The translations under genes were made by a program, and so were the position numbers. Shown piece after piece: positions 1-12,580 of a DNA stretch of 64,000 nt (its first letter is position 1; each line of letters begins with the position of its first letter). Under the pieces are notes generated by a model. It saw only the letters and a list, made by a program, of their open reading frames with translations, was not told where the DNA came from and searched no databases. Source of the DNA: Sphyrna mokarran. Lineage: Eukaryota. The stretch lies in assembly GCA_024679065.1 (NCBI GenBank), contig JAGIQG010000013.1, positions 84,568,001-84,632,000 on the forward strand, in the 5' to 3' direction.

Positions 1-3000
1 CAATGTGGGACCCAGGGACCACAGGGCAATGTGGGACCCAGGGACTATAGGGCAATGTGGAACACGGGGACCATAGGGCAATGTGGGACCGGGGACCATA
101 GGGCAATGTGGGACCGGGGACCATAGGGCAATGTGGGACCCGGGGACTATAGGGCAATGTGGGACCCAGGGACCACAGGGCAATGTGGGACCCGGGGACT
201 ATAGGGCAATGTGGGACCTGAGGACTATAGGGCAATGTGGGACACGGGACCACAGGGCAATGTGGCACCCGGGGACTATAGGGCAATGTGGGACACGGGA
301 CCATAGGGCAATGTGGGACACGGGACTACAGGGCAATGTGGGACCCAGGGACCACAGGGCAATGTGGGACCCGGGGACTATAGGGCAATGTGGGACACGG
401 GACCATAGGGCAATGTGGGACCCGGGGACTATAGGACAATGTGGGACCCGGGGACTAGAGGGCAATGTGGAACACGGGGACTATAGGGCAATGTGGGACC
501 CGGGACTATAGGGCAATGTGGGACCCGGGGACTATAGGGCAACGTGGACCGGGGACTATAGGGCAACAGGGACCCGGGGACTATAGGGCAATGTGGGACC
601 CGGGGACTATAGGGCAATGTGGGACCGGGGACTATAGGACAATGTGGGACACGGGACTATGGGCAATGTGGGACACGGGACTATAGGGCAATGTGGGACC
701 GGGGACTTAGGGCAATGGGACCCGGGGACTATAGGCAATGTGGCACGGGACTTAGGGCAATGTGGACCGGACTATAGGACAATGTGGGACCGGACTATAG
801 GGCAACGTGGGACCGGGACTATAGGGCAATGTGGGACAGGGGATATAGGGCAATGTGGGACCTGGGGACTTAGGGCAATGTGGGACCCTGGGACTATAGG
901 GCAATGTGGGACACGGGGACTATAGGACAATGTGGGACCCGGGGACTATAGGGCAACATGGGACCTGGGGACTATAGGACAATGTGGGACTCGAGGACTA
1001 TAGGGCAATGTGGGACACGGGACTATAGGACAATGTGGGACACGGGACTATAGGACAATGTGGCACCCGGGACTATAGGGCAATGTGGGACCCGGGACTA
1101 TAGGGCAATGTGGGACACGGGACCATAGGGCAATGTGGGACCGGGGACTATAGGACAATGTGGGACACGGGACTATAGGGCAATGTGGGACACGGGACTA
1201 TAGGGCAATGTGGGACCCGGGATAGGACAATGTGGGACCGGGACTATAGGGCAATGTGGGACACGGGACCATAGGGCAATGTGGACAGGGACTATAGGCA
1301 AGTGGGACACGGGGACTATAGGGCAATGTGGGACACGGGACTATAGGACAATGTGGGACATGGGACTATAGGGCAATGTGGGACATGGGACTATAGGACA
1401 ATGTGGGACCCGGGACTATAGGACAATGTGGGACCCGGGACTATAGGACAATGTGGGACACGGGACCATAGGGCAATGTGGGACCGGGGACTATAGGGCA
1501 ATGTGGGACACGGGACTAAAGGACAATGTGGGACACGGGACCATAGGGCAATGTGGGACACGGAACTATAGGGCAATGTGGGACACGGGGAGTATAGGGC
1601 AATGTGGGACACGGGACTATAGGACAATGTGGGACCCGGGGACTATAGGACAATGTGGGACCCGGGGACTATAGGGCAATGTGGGACCCGGGGACTATAG
1701 GACAATGTGGGACATGGGACTATAGGGCAATGTGGGACATGGGACTATAGGACAATGTGGGACCCGGGACTATAGGACAATGTGGGACCCGGGACTATAG
1801 GACAATGTGGGACACGGGACTATAGGGCAATGTGGGACCGGGGACTATAGGGCAATGTGGGACCCGGGACTATAGGACAATGTGGGACACGGGACTATAG
1901 GGCAATGTGGGACACGGGCTATAGGGCAATGTGGGACCCGGGGACTATGGACAATGTGGGACACGGGACTATAGGGCATGTGGGACACGGGACTATAGGG
2001 CAATGTGGGACATGACTATAGGACAGTGGGACATGGACTATAGGGCAATGTGGGACACGGGACTATAGGACAATGTGGGACATGGGACTATAGGACAATG
2101 TGGGACCCGGGGACTATAGGGCAATGTGGGACATGGGACTATAGGACAATGTGGGACCCGGGGACTATAGGACAATGTGGGACATGGGACTATAGGACAA
2201 TGTGGGACACGGGGACTATAGGGCAATGTGGGACCCGGGAACTATAGGACAATGTGGGACATGGGACTATAGGGCAATGTGGGACACGGGACTATAGGGC
2301 AATGTGGGACCCGGGGACCAAAGGGCAATGTGGGACCCAGGGACTATAGGGCAATGTGGGACCCGGGGACTATAGGGCAATGTGGGACCCGGGGACCAAA
2401 GGGCAATGTGGGACGCAGGGACTATAGGGCAATGTGGGACCCGGGGACTATAGGGCAATATGGGACCCGGGGACCAAAGGGCAATGTGGGACACGGGACT
2501 ATAGGACAATGTGGGACCCGGGGACTATAGGGCAATGTGGGACACGGGACTATAGGGCAATGTGGGACCCGGACTATAGGACAATGTGGACATGGGACTA
2601 TAGGGCAATGTGGGACCCAGGGACTATAGGGCAATGTGGGACATGGGGACTATAGGGCAATGTGGGACACGGGACTATAGGACAATGTGGGACCTGGGGA
2701 CTGTAGGACAATGTGGGACCCGGGGAGTATAGGGCAATGTGGGACCCGGGACTATAGGGCAATATGGGACACGGGACTATAGGACATGTGGGACCCGGGA
2801 CTACAGGCAATGTGGGACATGGGACTATAGGACAATGTGGGACCCGGGACTATAGGGCAATGTGGGACACGGGACTATAGGGCAATGTGGGACCCGGGGA
2901 CTATAGGGCATGTGGGACCGGGGACTATAGGACAATGTGGGACCTGGTGACTATAGGGCAATGTGGGACCCGGGGACTATAGGGCAATGAGGGACCTTGG

Positions 3001-4830
3001 GACTATAGGACAATGTGGGACACGGGACTATAGGGCAATGTGGGACCCGGGGACTATAGGGCAATGTGGGACCCGGGGACTATAGGGCAATGTGGGACAT
3101 GGGACTATAGGGCAATGTGGGACCTGGGGACTCTAGGACAATGTGGGACATGGGACTATAGGGCAATGTGGGACACGGGACTATAGGACAATGTGGGACA
3201 TGGGACTATAGGGCAATGTGGGACATGGGACTATAGGACAATGTGGGACCCGGGACTATAGGACAATGTGGGACCCGGGACTATAGGACAATGTGGGACA
3301 CAGGACCATAGGGCAATGTTGGACCGGGGACTATAGGGCAATGTGGGACCGGGGACTATAGGACAATGTGGGACACGGGACTATAGGGCAATGTGGGACC
3401 TGGGGACTATAGGACAATGTGGGACATGGGACTATAGGGCAATGTGGGACACGGGACTATAGGACAATGTGGGACATGAGACTATAGGGCAATGTGGGAC
3501 ATGGGACTATAGGACAATGTGGGACCCGGGACTATAGGACAATGTGGGACCCGGGACTATAGGACAATGTGGGACACGGGACCATAGGGCAATGTGGGAC
3601 CGGGGACTATAGGGCAATGTGGGACATGGGACTATAGGACAATGTGGGACACGGGACCATAGGGCAATGTGGGACACGGGACTATAGGGCAATGTGGGAC
3701 ACGGGACTATAGGGCAATGTGGGACACGGGACTATAGGGCATGTGGGACCCGGGGACTATGGGCAATGTGGACCCGGGACTATAGGGCAATGTGGGACCC
3801 GGGGACTATAGGGCAATGTGGGACACGGGACTATAGGACAATGTGGGACCCGGGGACTATAGGACAATGTGGGACCCGGGGACTATAGGACAATGTGGGA
3901 CCCGGGACTATAGGACAAGTGGGACATGGGACTATAGGGCAATGTGGGACATGGGACTATAGGACAATGTGGGACACGGGACTATAGGGCAATGTGGGAC
4001 CCGGGGACTATAGGACAATGTGGGACACGGGACTATAGGGCAATGTGGGACACGGGACTATAGGGCAATGTGGGACATGGGACTATAGGACAATGTGGGA
4101 CATGGGACTATAGGGCAATGTGGGACACGGGGACTATAGGACAATGTGGGACATGGGACTATAGGACAATGTGGGACCCGGGGACTATAGGGCAATGTGG
4201 GACACGGGACTATAGGGCAATGTGGGACATGGGGACTATAGGGCAATGTGGGACATGGGACTATAGGACAATGTGGGACCCGGGGACTATAGGGCAATGT
4301 GGGACATGGGACTATAGGACAATGTGGACCAGGGGACTATAGGACAATGTGGGACATGGGACTATAGGACAATGTGGGACACGGGGACTATAGGGCAATG
4401 TGGGACCCGGGGACTATAGGACAATGTGGGACATGGGACTATAGGGCAATGTGGGACCCAGGGACTATAGGGCAATGTGGGACATGGGGACTATAGGGCA
4501 ATGTGGGACACGGGACTATAGGACAATGTGGGACCTGGGGACTGTAGGACAATGTGGGACCCGGGGAGTATAGGGCAATGTGGGACCCGGGACTATAGGG
4601 CAATATGGGACACGGGACTATAGGACAATGTGGGACCCGGGACTATACAATGTAGGACTATAGGACAATGTAGGGCAATGTGGGACACGGGACTATAGGA
4701 CCGGCAGGCAATGTGGGACCTGGGGACTGTAGGACAATGTGGGACACGGGGACTATAGGGCAATGTGGGACACGGGGACTATAGGGCAATGTGGGACCCG
4801 GGGACTATAAGGGCAACATGGGACCTGGAT
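1..4830. repeat. Tandem minisatellite, ~24-25 bp unit (gggactatagggcaatgtgggaccc)
   Basis: Directly visible array of roughly 195 units; runs into a tRNA-SINE head at ~4821-4864 (ggacctggatttgaatcccgccacagcagatggtgaaatttgaa). Confidence 0.97.
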
Positions 4831-4873
4831 TTGAATCCCGCCACAGCAGATGGTGAAATTTGAAGTATAGCAC

Positions 4874-5697
4874 AGAACATAGAACAATACAGCACAGAAA
4901 CAGGTCCCTCAGCCTATTACAGCACAGAAATAGGCCCTTCAGCCTATTACAGCACAGACCAGGCCTTTCAGCCTATTACAGCACAGAAACAGGCCCTTTG
5001 GCCCATTACAGCACAGGAACAGGCCCTTCAGCCCATTACAGCACAGGAACAGACCCTTCAGCCTATTACAGCACAGAAACAGGGTCTTCAGCCTTTTACA
5101 GCACGGAATCAGGCCCTTTGGCCCATTACAGCACAGGAACAGACCCTTCTGTCTATTACAGCACAGGAACAGGCCCTTTAGCCTATTATAGCACAGAAAC
5201 AGGGTCTTCAGTCTTTTACAGCATGGAATCAGGCCCTTTGGCCCATTGCAGCTCAGGAACAGGCCCTTTGGCCCATTACAGCACAGGAATAGACCCTTCA
5301 GCCCATTACAGCACAGGAACAGACCCTTCAGCCTATTACAGCACAGGAACAGGCCCTTCAGCCCATTACAGCACAGGAACAGACCCTTCAGCCTATTACA
5401 GCACAGAAACAGGCCCTTTGGCCCATTACAGCACAGGAACAGACCCTTCAGCCTATTACAGCACAGGAACAGGCCCTTCAGCCCATTACAGCACAGGAAC
5501 AGACCCTTCAGCCTATTGCAGCACAGAAACAGGCCCTTCAGCCCATTACAGCACAGGAACAGACCCTTCAGCCTATTACAGCATGGAAACAGGCCCTTCG
5601 GCCCATTACAGCACAGGAATAGACCCTTCAGCCTATTACAGCATGGAAACAGGCCCTTTGGCCCATTACAGCACAGGAACAGACTCTTCGGCCCATC
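4874..5697. repeat. 30-bp tandem repeat derived from a CR1/SINE 3' end (tacagcacaggaacaggcccttcagcccat)
   Basis: Starts with the CR1 tail microsatellite (agaacatagaac); the unit matches the reverse complement of CR1 3' ends elsewhere in the window (e.g. ~24770-24810). Confidence 0.93.
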
Positions 5698-5930
5698 ACT
5701 GAGTGGCTCGCTAGAGCCCCTTCAGGGGGCTGTGTGGGGTCTGGCCATGTGTAGGCTGGGTAAGGACGGCAGATTGCCTTCCCTAAAGAGACATTAGGGA
5801 ACTAGATGGGTTTTTACAAAATTGACAATGGCTTTATCATTAGATTCTTAATTGCAGATTTCTATTAAATTCAAATTTCACCATCAGCTGTGACGGGATT
5901 CGAACCCCAGTCCCTAAGTCATTGACCACA
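5698..5930 (-). mobile_element. tRNA-derived SINE (non-V type)
   Basis: Reverse-complement B-box head (gggattcgaacccc) and body shared with copies at ~29372-29650, 37272-37500, 49830-50155. Confidence 0.75.
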
Positions 5931-6022
5931 AAACTATTGTTGTGAAAGCCTGGTTCTCTGATATCCTTTAAGATGGAAAATCCACCGTCCTATCCCCAGT
6001 TTGAGGGTTAGGCTGATTGATT

Positions 6023-6790
6023 AGAACAAAGAACAAAGAAAATTACAGCACGAGAACAGGCCCTTCGGCCCCTCCAAGCCTGAGCCAATCATGATGCCCT
6101 ATCTTAAATAAACCTTCTGGCCTTACTCAGTCTGTATCCCTCTATTCCCTCCCTATCCATGTCCCCATCCAGACGCCTCTTAAATGTTGCTAACGTTCCT
6201 GCTTCCACCCACTCCTCTGGCAGCGCGTTCCAGGCACCCACCACTCTCTGCGTGAAAAACTCCCCCACACTTCTCCCCCTTAAACTTTCCCCCCTCTCAC
6301 CTTGAACCTCCCGTGTAACTGACACCTCCACCCTGGGGGAAAGCCTCTGACAATTCACCTGTCTGTGCCTCTCATCATTTTAGAGATCAGGTTCCCCGAC
6401 TTTTCAATGAAAATAATCCTCGTTTATTCAACCTCTCCTCGAGACCAGGCAACATCCTAGAGAACCTTTTTTGCACTCTCTCCAAAATTTCCATGTCCAT
6501 GTGGTGGAGTGGCGTTAGAACTGCACGCAATGCTCTGAATACAGCTTAACCAAGGTTTTATATCGCTGCAACATGATTTCCCAACTCTTATACTCAGTGC
6601 CCTGGCTGATGAAGACAAGCAGGCCATATGTTGCCTAAATCACCTTGGTCGCCTATGTTCCACTTTCGGGAATTATGCACCTGCACGCCCAGATCCCTCT
6701 GTAGTTAATGTTCCTGAAAGTTCTGCCAGTTACAATAAAATTCATGCCTAAATTTGATCCTCCAAAATCCATCAGCTTGGATTGAGATGG
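6023..6790 (-). mobile_element. CR1 LINE 3' fragment, decayed
   Basis: Translation FFTQRVVGAWNALP; agaacaaagaac tail. Confidence 0.9.
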
Positions 6791-7611
6791 AGAGAAATTT
6801 CTCCACTCAGGGAGTTGTGAATATTTGGGAAATCTTGGCCCCAGATTCACCATGATGGTGTTGAATACTGGAGCCAGCTCGATGGGTCGAATGGCCTACT
6901 CCTGCTTGTATTTCTGGAGTGCTAACTTCACCTTGGTAGTGTGGAAGAGATTGGACACAAGCTAGGGCTGGATTTCCCTGGAATTCCAAAGCGGGAGATT
7001 TGAGGAGAGTTTTTGGGATATTCAGGGAGGTGGCGGGTCGATGGACAGAACGGACTTCCTACTATTTGGTGGGTCTCTCACTCAATGCGCAGAATCTGAA
7101 GGTGTGAGGCTGATCTTCGAGCTGCACAGACAGAAAGAGCAGTGGGGATAGGGGGGTAGGGGAAGCCTGCTGGTGAAATGGGTGGCATTCCTGTCGATCT
7201 GGGAGTTCCAGGTTCGAATCCCTGTCCAATATTCACTGCCCCAAGATGGTGTGCTTGTAACCCAGCCTGATAGTGTGGTTATTAACCCATAATCCATCTA
7301 TTATGCCAGTGGCAAGTGGGTGGGGGAACTCTGGGCCAGATGTGCTTATCGTGGATCTCCTGCCTCCAACAACACATCCCAGAAATGGACTGAAGTCTGT
7401 GCACCTCATGTATCACCAGCCCTGGGAATTCCATGCATAAAGATGGATAGGAACTCACTTCTACAAATGACAACTAATATTAGCTGAATGGGCTCCTCCT
7501 GTTCCTGTGTAACAGACTGGAGAGAAGCTGACGGCTCTTTCAAACTCTGAACTGAGTTAAGTAGCAATGACTGTGTGTGGAGTCCATACTGTGGTGAGAG
7601 TGAGAGCAGGA

Positions 7612-8540
7612 GCTAAAGGGTGGGTTAGTAAATTTACTGATGACACCAAGATTGGTGGAGTAGTGGATGAGGTGGAGGGCTCCTGCAGGCTGCAAGGAGA
7701 CATTGATATGATGCAGAGCTGGGCCAAAAAGTGGCAGATGGAGTTTGCTCTGATAAATGCGAGGTTATTCATTTTGGTAGGACAAAATTAAATGCAGATT
7801 ACAGGGTCAACTGCAGGATTCTGAGGAATGTGGAGGAACAGAGAGATCTTGGGGTTCATATCCACAGATCTCTGAAGGTTGCCACTCAAGTGGATAGGCC
7901 TGTGAAAAAGGTTTATAGTGTGTTAGTGTTTATTAACAGGAGGTTTGAGTTTAAGAGACGTGGGGTTATGCTACAACTATACCAGACCTTGGTGAGACCA
8001 CATTTGGAATATTGTGTGCAGTTCTGGTCACCTCACTATAGGAAGGATGTGGAAGCATTGGAGAGAGTGCAGAGGAGATTTACCAAGATGCTTCCTGGTT
8101 TGGAAGGTAGGTCTTATGAGGAAAGATTGAGGGAGCTGGGGCTTTTCTCTTTAGAGCAGAGGAGGATGAGAGGTGACTTAATAGAAGTTTATAAGATGAT
8201 GAGGGGGATAGATAGATTGGATGTGCAGCAACTATTTCCTTGGGTGGATGTAGCTGTTACTAGGGGGCATAGCTTTAAGATTCATAGTGGGAGATATAGG
8301 AGGGATGTCCAAGGTAGATTCTTCACTCAGAGAGTAGTTGGGGTTTGGAATGCGCTGCTTGCTGTGCTAGTGGAGTCGGACACTTTAAGAACTTTCAAGT
8401 AGTTATTGGATAGACGCATGGAGCACTCCAGAGTGATAGGGAGTGGGATAGCTTGATCTTGGGTTCAGACATAACTCAGATCAATATCAAGGACTGGAGG
8501 GCTTGTATTGTGCTGTACTGTTCTCTGTTATAATGTTCTA
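7612..8540 (+). mobile_element. CR1 LINE 3' fragment (RT C-terminus)
   Basis: [39 protein letters not shown]. Confidence 0.95.
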
Positions 8541-8557
8541 ACTGTGTCTGTGCTTAG

Positions 8558-8839
8558 TTTCTCCTTCAGTGACCATCTCCTTCATTGACTTGGAAGCTAC
8601 TGAGCATCCCAGCCAGCTGCAGTGCACTGTGGCTGGCTTCTACCCACGGGCTCTCAATGTGAGCTGGCTGAAGGATGGTAGGAGCATTGAGCAGCATATA
8701 ACACACACTCCGATCCTGCCTAACAGTGAGAACACCTTCCAGACTGCTGCATACATCAATATTGAGCCCAGCACAGGGAACAACTACACCTGCCTTGTGG
8801 AGCATGTCACCTTTCCCCAGGGGCACCGCATTAACTGGG
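8558..8839 (+). CDS. Gene A: MHC C1-set Ig domain exon (class I alpha3 / W-category beta2-like)
   Basis: tgcttag|TT TCT CCT...AAC TGG G|gtaggt, 282 bp, phase 1-1; xSPSVTIS...LQCTVAGFYPRALNVSWLKDG...ILPNSENTFQT...YTCLVEHVTF...INW. Confidence 0.93.
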
Positions 8840-8943
8840 GTAGGTAACCTTACCCTCCTCAAGACACACATTGCACAGGAGCCTACTGCTGTGTTTGAGC
8901 TAGAGGCAAATAGATTTACAATGCATACCGACAGTGCAGCAAG

Positions 8944-9850
8944 AGCTTTAATCTGTATCTAACCTCATGCTGTACCTGTCCTAGGAGTGTTTGATGGGGA
9001 CAGTGTAGGGGGAGATTTACTCTGTATCTAACCCCATGCTGTACCTGTCCTGGGAGTGTTTGATGCGGGGACAGTGTAGAGGGAGCTTTATTCTGTATCT
9101 AACCCCATGCTGTATCTGTCCTGGGAGTGTTTGATGGGGACAGTGTAGAGAGAGCTTTATTCTGTATCTAACCCCATGCTGTACCTGTCCTGGGAGTGTT
9201 TGATGGGGACAGTGTAGAGAGAGCTTTACTCTGTATCTAACCCCGTGCTGTACCTGTCCTGGGAGTGTTTGATGGGGACAGTGTAGAGGGAGCTTTACTC
9301 TGTATCTAACCCCGTGCTGTACCTGTCCTGGGAGTGCTTGATGGGGGGACAGTGTAGAGGGAGCTTTACTCTGTATCTAACCCCGTGCTGTACCTGTCCT
9401 GGGAGTGTTTGATGGGGGACAGTGTAGAGGGAGCTTTACTCTGTATCTAACCCCGTGCTGTACCTGTCCTGGGAGTGTTTGATGGGGGACAGTGTAGAGG
9501 GAGCTTTACTCTGTATCTAACCCCGTGCTGTACCTGTCCTGGGAGTGTTTGATGAGAGGACAGTGTAGAGGGAGCTTTACTCTGTATCTAACCCCGTGCT
9601 GTACCTGTCCTGAGAGTATTTGATGGGGGGACAGTGTAGAGGGAGCTTTACTCTGTATCTAACCCCATGCTGTACCTGTCCTGGGAGTATTTGATGGGGG
9701 ACAGTGTAGAGGGAGCTTTACTCTGTATCTAACCCCGTGCTGTACCTGTCCTGGGAGTGTTTGATGGGGGGACAGTGTAGAGGGAGCTTTACTCTGTATC
9801 TAACCCCATGCTGTACCTGTCCTGGGAGTGTTTGATGGGGGACAGTGTAG
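8944..9850. repeat. ~58-60 bp tandem repeat (ctttactctgtatctaaccccgtgctgtacctgtcctgggagtgtttgatggggacagtgtagagggag)
   Basis: About 15 visible units in the gene A intron. Confidence 0.95.
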
Positions 9851-9996
9851 AAGAAATTGGTTGCTGGTTTATCTGGAAAAGGGCTGGTGTATAATTCTGT
9901 AGGCTGTAGGAGTCGAGGTTTGGAGAAATGCTGAATTGGAAGATTTTTATTATCATTCCCTGTTTGTTTTTCCTTCATTTTCGGCCTGTGTGGAAG

Positions 9997-10107
9997 TCCC
10001 CCCACATCGCAGCTCAGTGTCGCCTGCTGCCATTGTTGGAATTGTGTTCGGAATTGTGGGAATCATTGCAGCTGTAGTTGGAGGTCTAGTTCGGATGAAG
10101 CGTCAAG
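9997..10107 (+). CDS. Gene A: connecting peptide/transmembrane exon
   Basis: Long polypyrimidine tract then aag|TC CCC...CAA G|gtatgg, 111 bp, phase 1-1; VPPHRSSVSPAAIVGIVFGIVGIIAAVVGGLVRMKRQ. Confidence 0.88.
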
Positions 10108-11090
10108 GTATGGTGGGGTGAGGGCGGGGAGTGGGTTGGGACAGGGAGTGAGGGGGTGGATGTGGGGTGGGATGGGAGTGAGGAAGGAGATGTACGCAGG
10201 GAGGAGAAGGGTGTGGGGTGGGAATGGGTATGGTGGTGGGAGTGGGTATCGTGATGAGAGTGGGTGGGGGTGGTGGGTGTGGAGGTGGGTGTGAGGATGG
10301 GGTAGGAAATGGGGGTGGAGAGGAGCAGGGTGCGGGATAGGAGTGGGTATGGGGGTGCGGGTGTGTGGTGGTGGTGGGTGTGGAGGTGGGGTGGTGGTTA
10401 GGATGGGGTGGGGTTGAAAGTGCAGATGAATATAAGGTGGGTCGGGGTACTGAGGATGGGTATGGTGGTGGGGTAAAGATGGGGGTGTGGGGGTAGGGTG
10501 GAATGGTGGTTGGGGGAATGTGGAGTGGGTGAGGGGTGGGGAAAGTGAGTGTGGGGTGAAGGGGTGGGTATGGAGGTATGTGTGATTGTGGGTGTGGGGA
10601 GAGGGTGAGTGTGTGGGGAGTGGTGACGTGGGGATGGGGTGCTGGCAGTGGGGTTGGGAGTATGGGTGGAGTGTGCGCTGACGGTCAGGCAGTGGGATAT
10701 AGATGAGGTATGGGGGGAGAGGGGGCAGTGGGGGTAGGTGTGAATGTGGGTCTGGGGGTGGGGGTGTGGATGGTGTGAACGTGGGGGTGGGGGTGGTGTG
10801 GGGATGGGAGGTGGGAGTGTGTCTGCAGGTAGTGGGTGTGCAGTGCGAATGGGGGGTGGGAAGGTTGGCGTGCAGTGTGGGTGGGATAGGGGTGTGGATG
10901 GGTATGAGCGTCGGGGTGGGGGTGATTGTGGGGGTGGGGAAGTGGGTGTGGTTGTGAGGATGGGGAGGTGGGGGTGTGTCTGAGGGTAAGGTAGTGGATG
11001 TGCAGTGTGGGTGGAGGAGTGGGAAGGTGGAGGTGGGGCATGTGGATGTATTAGGGCTGTGAGGGGGGGGGGGGAAGGGAGGCGTGGAAC
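10108..11090. repeat. G/T-rich low-complexity intron segment
   Basis: Direct composition; source of spurious Pro/His-rich ORFs. Confidence 0.9.
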
Positions 11091-11364
11091 TCAGGGCTGC
11101 TGAATTCCTCTGATCTTTCCCTTTGGGGTTTAGCACTGTTGCTGCTGCCTCTGTCCAGTTAGATGGTAATCAGTGACATTATTAACAACATCACCCTCTC
11201 CTGAGGATGTTGGAGGATCAAAGAGTAGCTGAGACTTAATATTGTCCTCTGAAAACTCAAGCATCCTTCAGGAAGGAGTGTGCCATCCCTGCTCCATCAC
11301 CCACCATTTCCGATGCCAATAACTGATATCAGGCTCACCGGTCTATAATTCCCTGGAAGTCAGT

Positions 11365-11460
11365 AAGAGGTCTGGTAACACCAATTTTAAATCCAACCGA
11401 TTTATTTGATAGTAAATCTGCAAGCTTTCGGCGTTTGTGCCTTTGTCAGGCGAATGAGGA
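11365..11460 (-). mobile_element. Penelope LTR fragment with decayed hammerhead
   Basis: Same sequence as the terminal repeat attached to the Penelope ORF at 38383-38480; core reads CUGACAA. Confidence 0.75.
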
Positions 11461-11479
11461 AGGTTCCTGGAAGGTCATG

Positions 11480-12580
11480 TCCCATGAGATCCGGGGAGAA
11501 CCAGCTCAATGACTTCCCATTGTCTGGATGGGAGAAAGCAGAGGGTGATAGTGGTAAGTTGTTTCTTGAACTGGAAGCCGGTGTCTAGTAATGTGCCTCA
11601 GAGGTCAGTGTTTAAATCCTTGTTATTGATTATTTATATAAATGATTTGGGTGTGAATGTACAAGGCATGGTTAGTAAGTTGTGGATGATACGAAATTAG
11701 GAGGTATCATTAATAGCAAAGAAGAGTATCACAAATTACAGGGGGATCTTGATCAGTTTAGGGAAGTGGGCTGAGGATTGGCAAATGGATTTCAATGTAG
11801 CTCAGTGTGAGATGTTGCATTTTCGAAAGTCAAACCAGGATAGGACTCGTACAGTGAATGCTCGGGTCTTGGGGAGTGTTGAGGAGCTGATGCTCCTAGA
11901 AATACAACTGCACTGTGTGTTGAAAGCGGCATCACACGTTGACAGGTCGGTGAAGAAAGCATTGAGCACACTGGCCTTCCTCAGTCAGGGCACTGAGTAT
12001 CAGAGTCGGGTCATTATTGTACAAATCTTTAGTGAGGCCAAACTTGGGGTACTGAGTACAGTTTTGGTTCCCCTGTTATTGGAAAGACACTGCTAAACTG
12101 GACAGAGTGTGGAGGAGATTTCCGAGGATGTTGCCAGGGCCACTGGGGCCTGAGTTATAGGGAGAGGTTGGCCAGGCTGCTGCTTTATTCCTCGGAGTGT
12201 AGGAGAATGAGGGGGGACATTACCAAGGTGGATAAACTCACGAGGGACAGTGATAGGATGAACGCACAGAGTCTTTTTCCCAGGGAAGGGGAATGGAAAA
12301 CTAGAGGGCAGAGGTTAAAGGTGAGAGGGGAAAGATTTCAAAGGGACACGAGGAGCAACCTCTTCACCCAGAGGGTGGTGTGAATGTGGAATGAGCTTCC
12401 AGAGAAAGTGGTTGAGGCAGGTTTAATAACAACATTTAAAAAGCATTTGGATAAGTACATGGATGGGAAAGGGTTAGAGGAATATAGACCAAACACGGGG
12501 AATTGGGACAGGCTGGAGGGGCAGCATGGATTGGAAGGGCTGAAGGGCTTTTCCTGTTGTATTACTCTGGGACTCTGCAT
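11480..12580 (+). mobile_element. CR1 LINE RT fragment, decayed
   Basis: WLDGRKQRV-like, VPQ, IYINDL, LFTQRVV, WNELPEKVV. Confidence 0.9.

Noticed and set aside
83-4342. Collagen-like or Cys-rich ORFs (GTIGQCGT repeats)
   Set aside because: Translations of a 24-25 bp minisatellite with constant frameshifts
4860-5797. 280-aa and 183-aa repetitive ORFs
   Set aside because: 30-bp unit is a multiple of 3 and derives from a CR1 tail; no splice or domain support
6930-7560. Possible gene A membrane-distal exon
   Set aside because: No MHC-like frame found; looks like degraded CR1/SINE sequence, so the exon is presumably upstream of the window
8944-9850. CRISPR-like array
   Set aside because: Contiguous tandem units with no unique spacers; eukaryotic context
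10063-11136. Pro/His-rich 357-aa ORF, and the similar Pro- or Gly-rich ORFs at 58986-63873
   Set aside because: Low-complexity G/C tracts, partly read through N gaps
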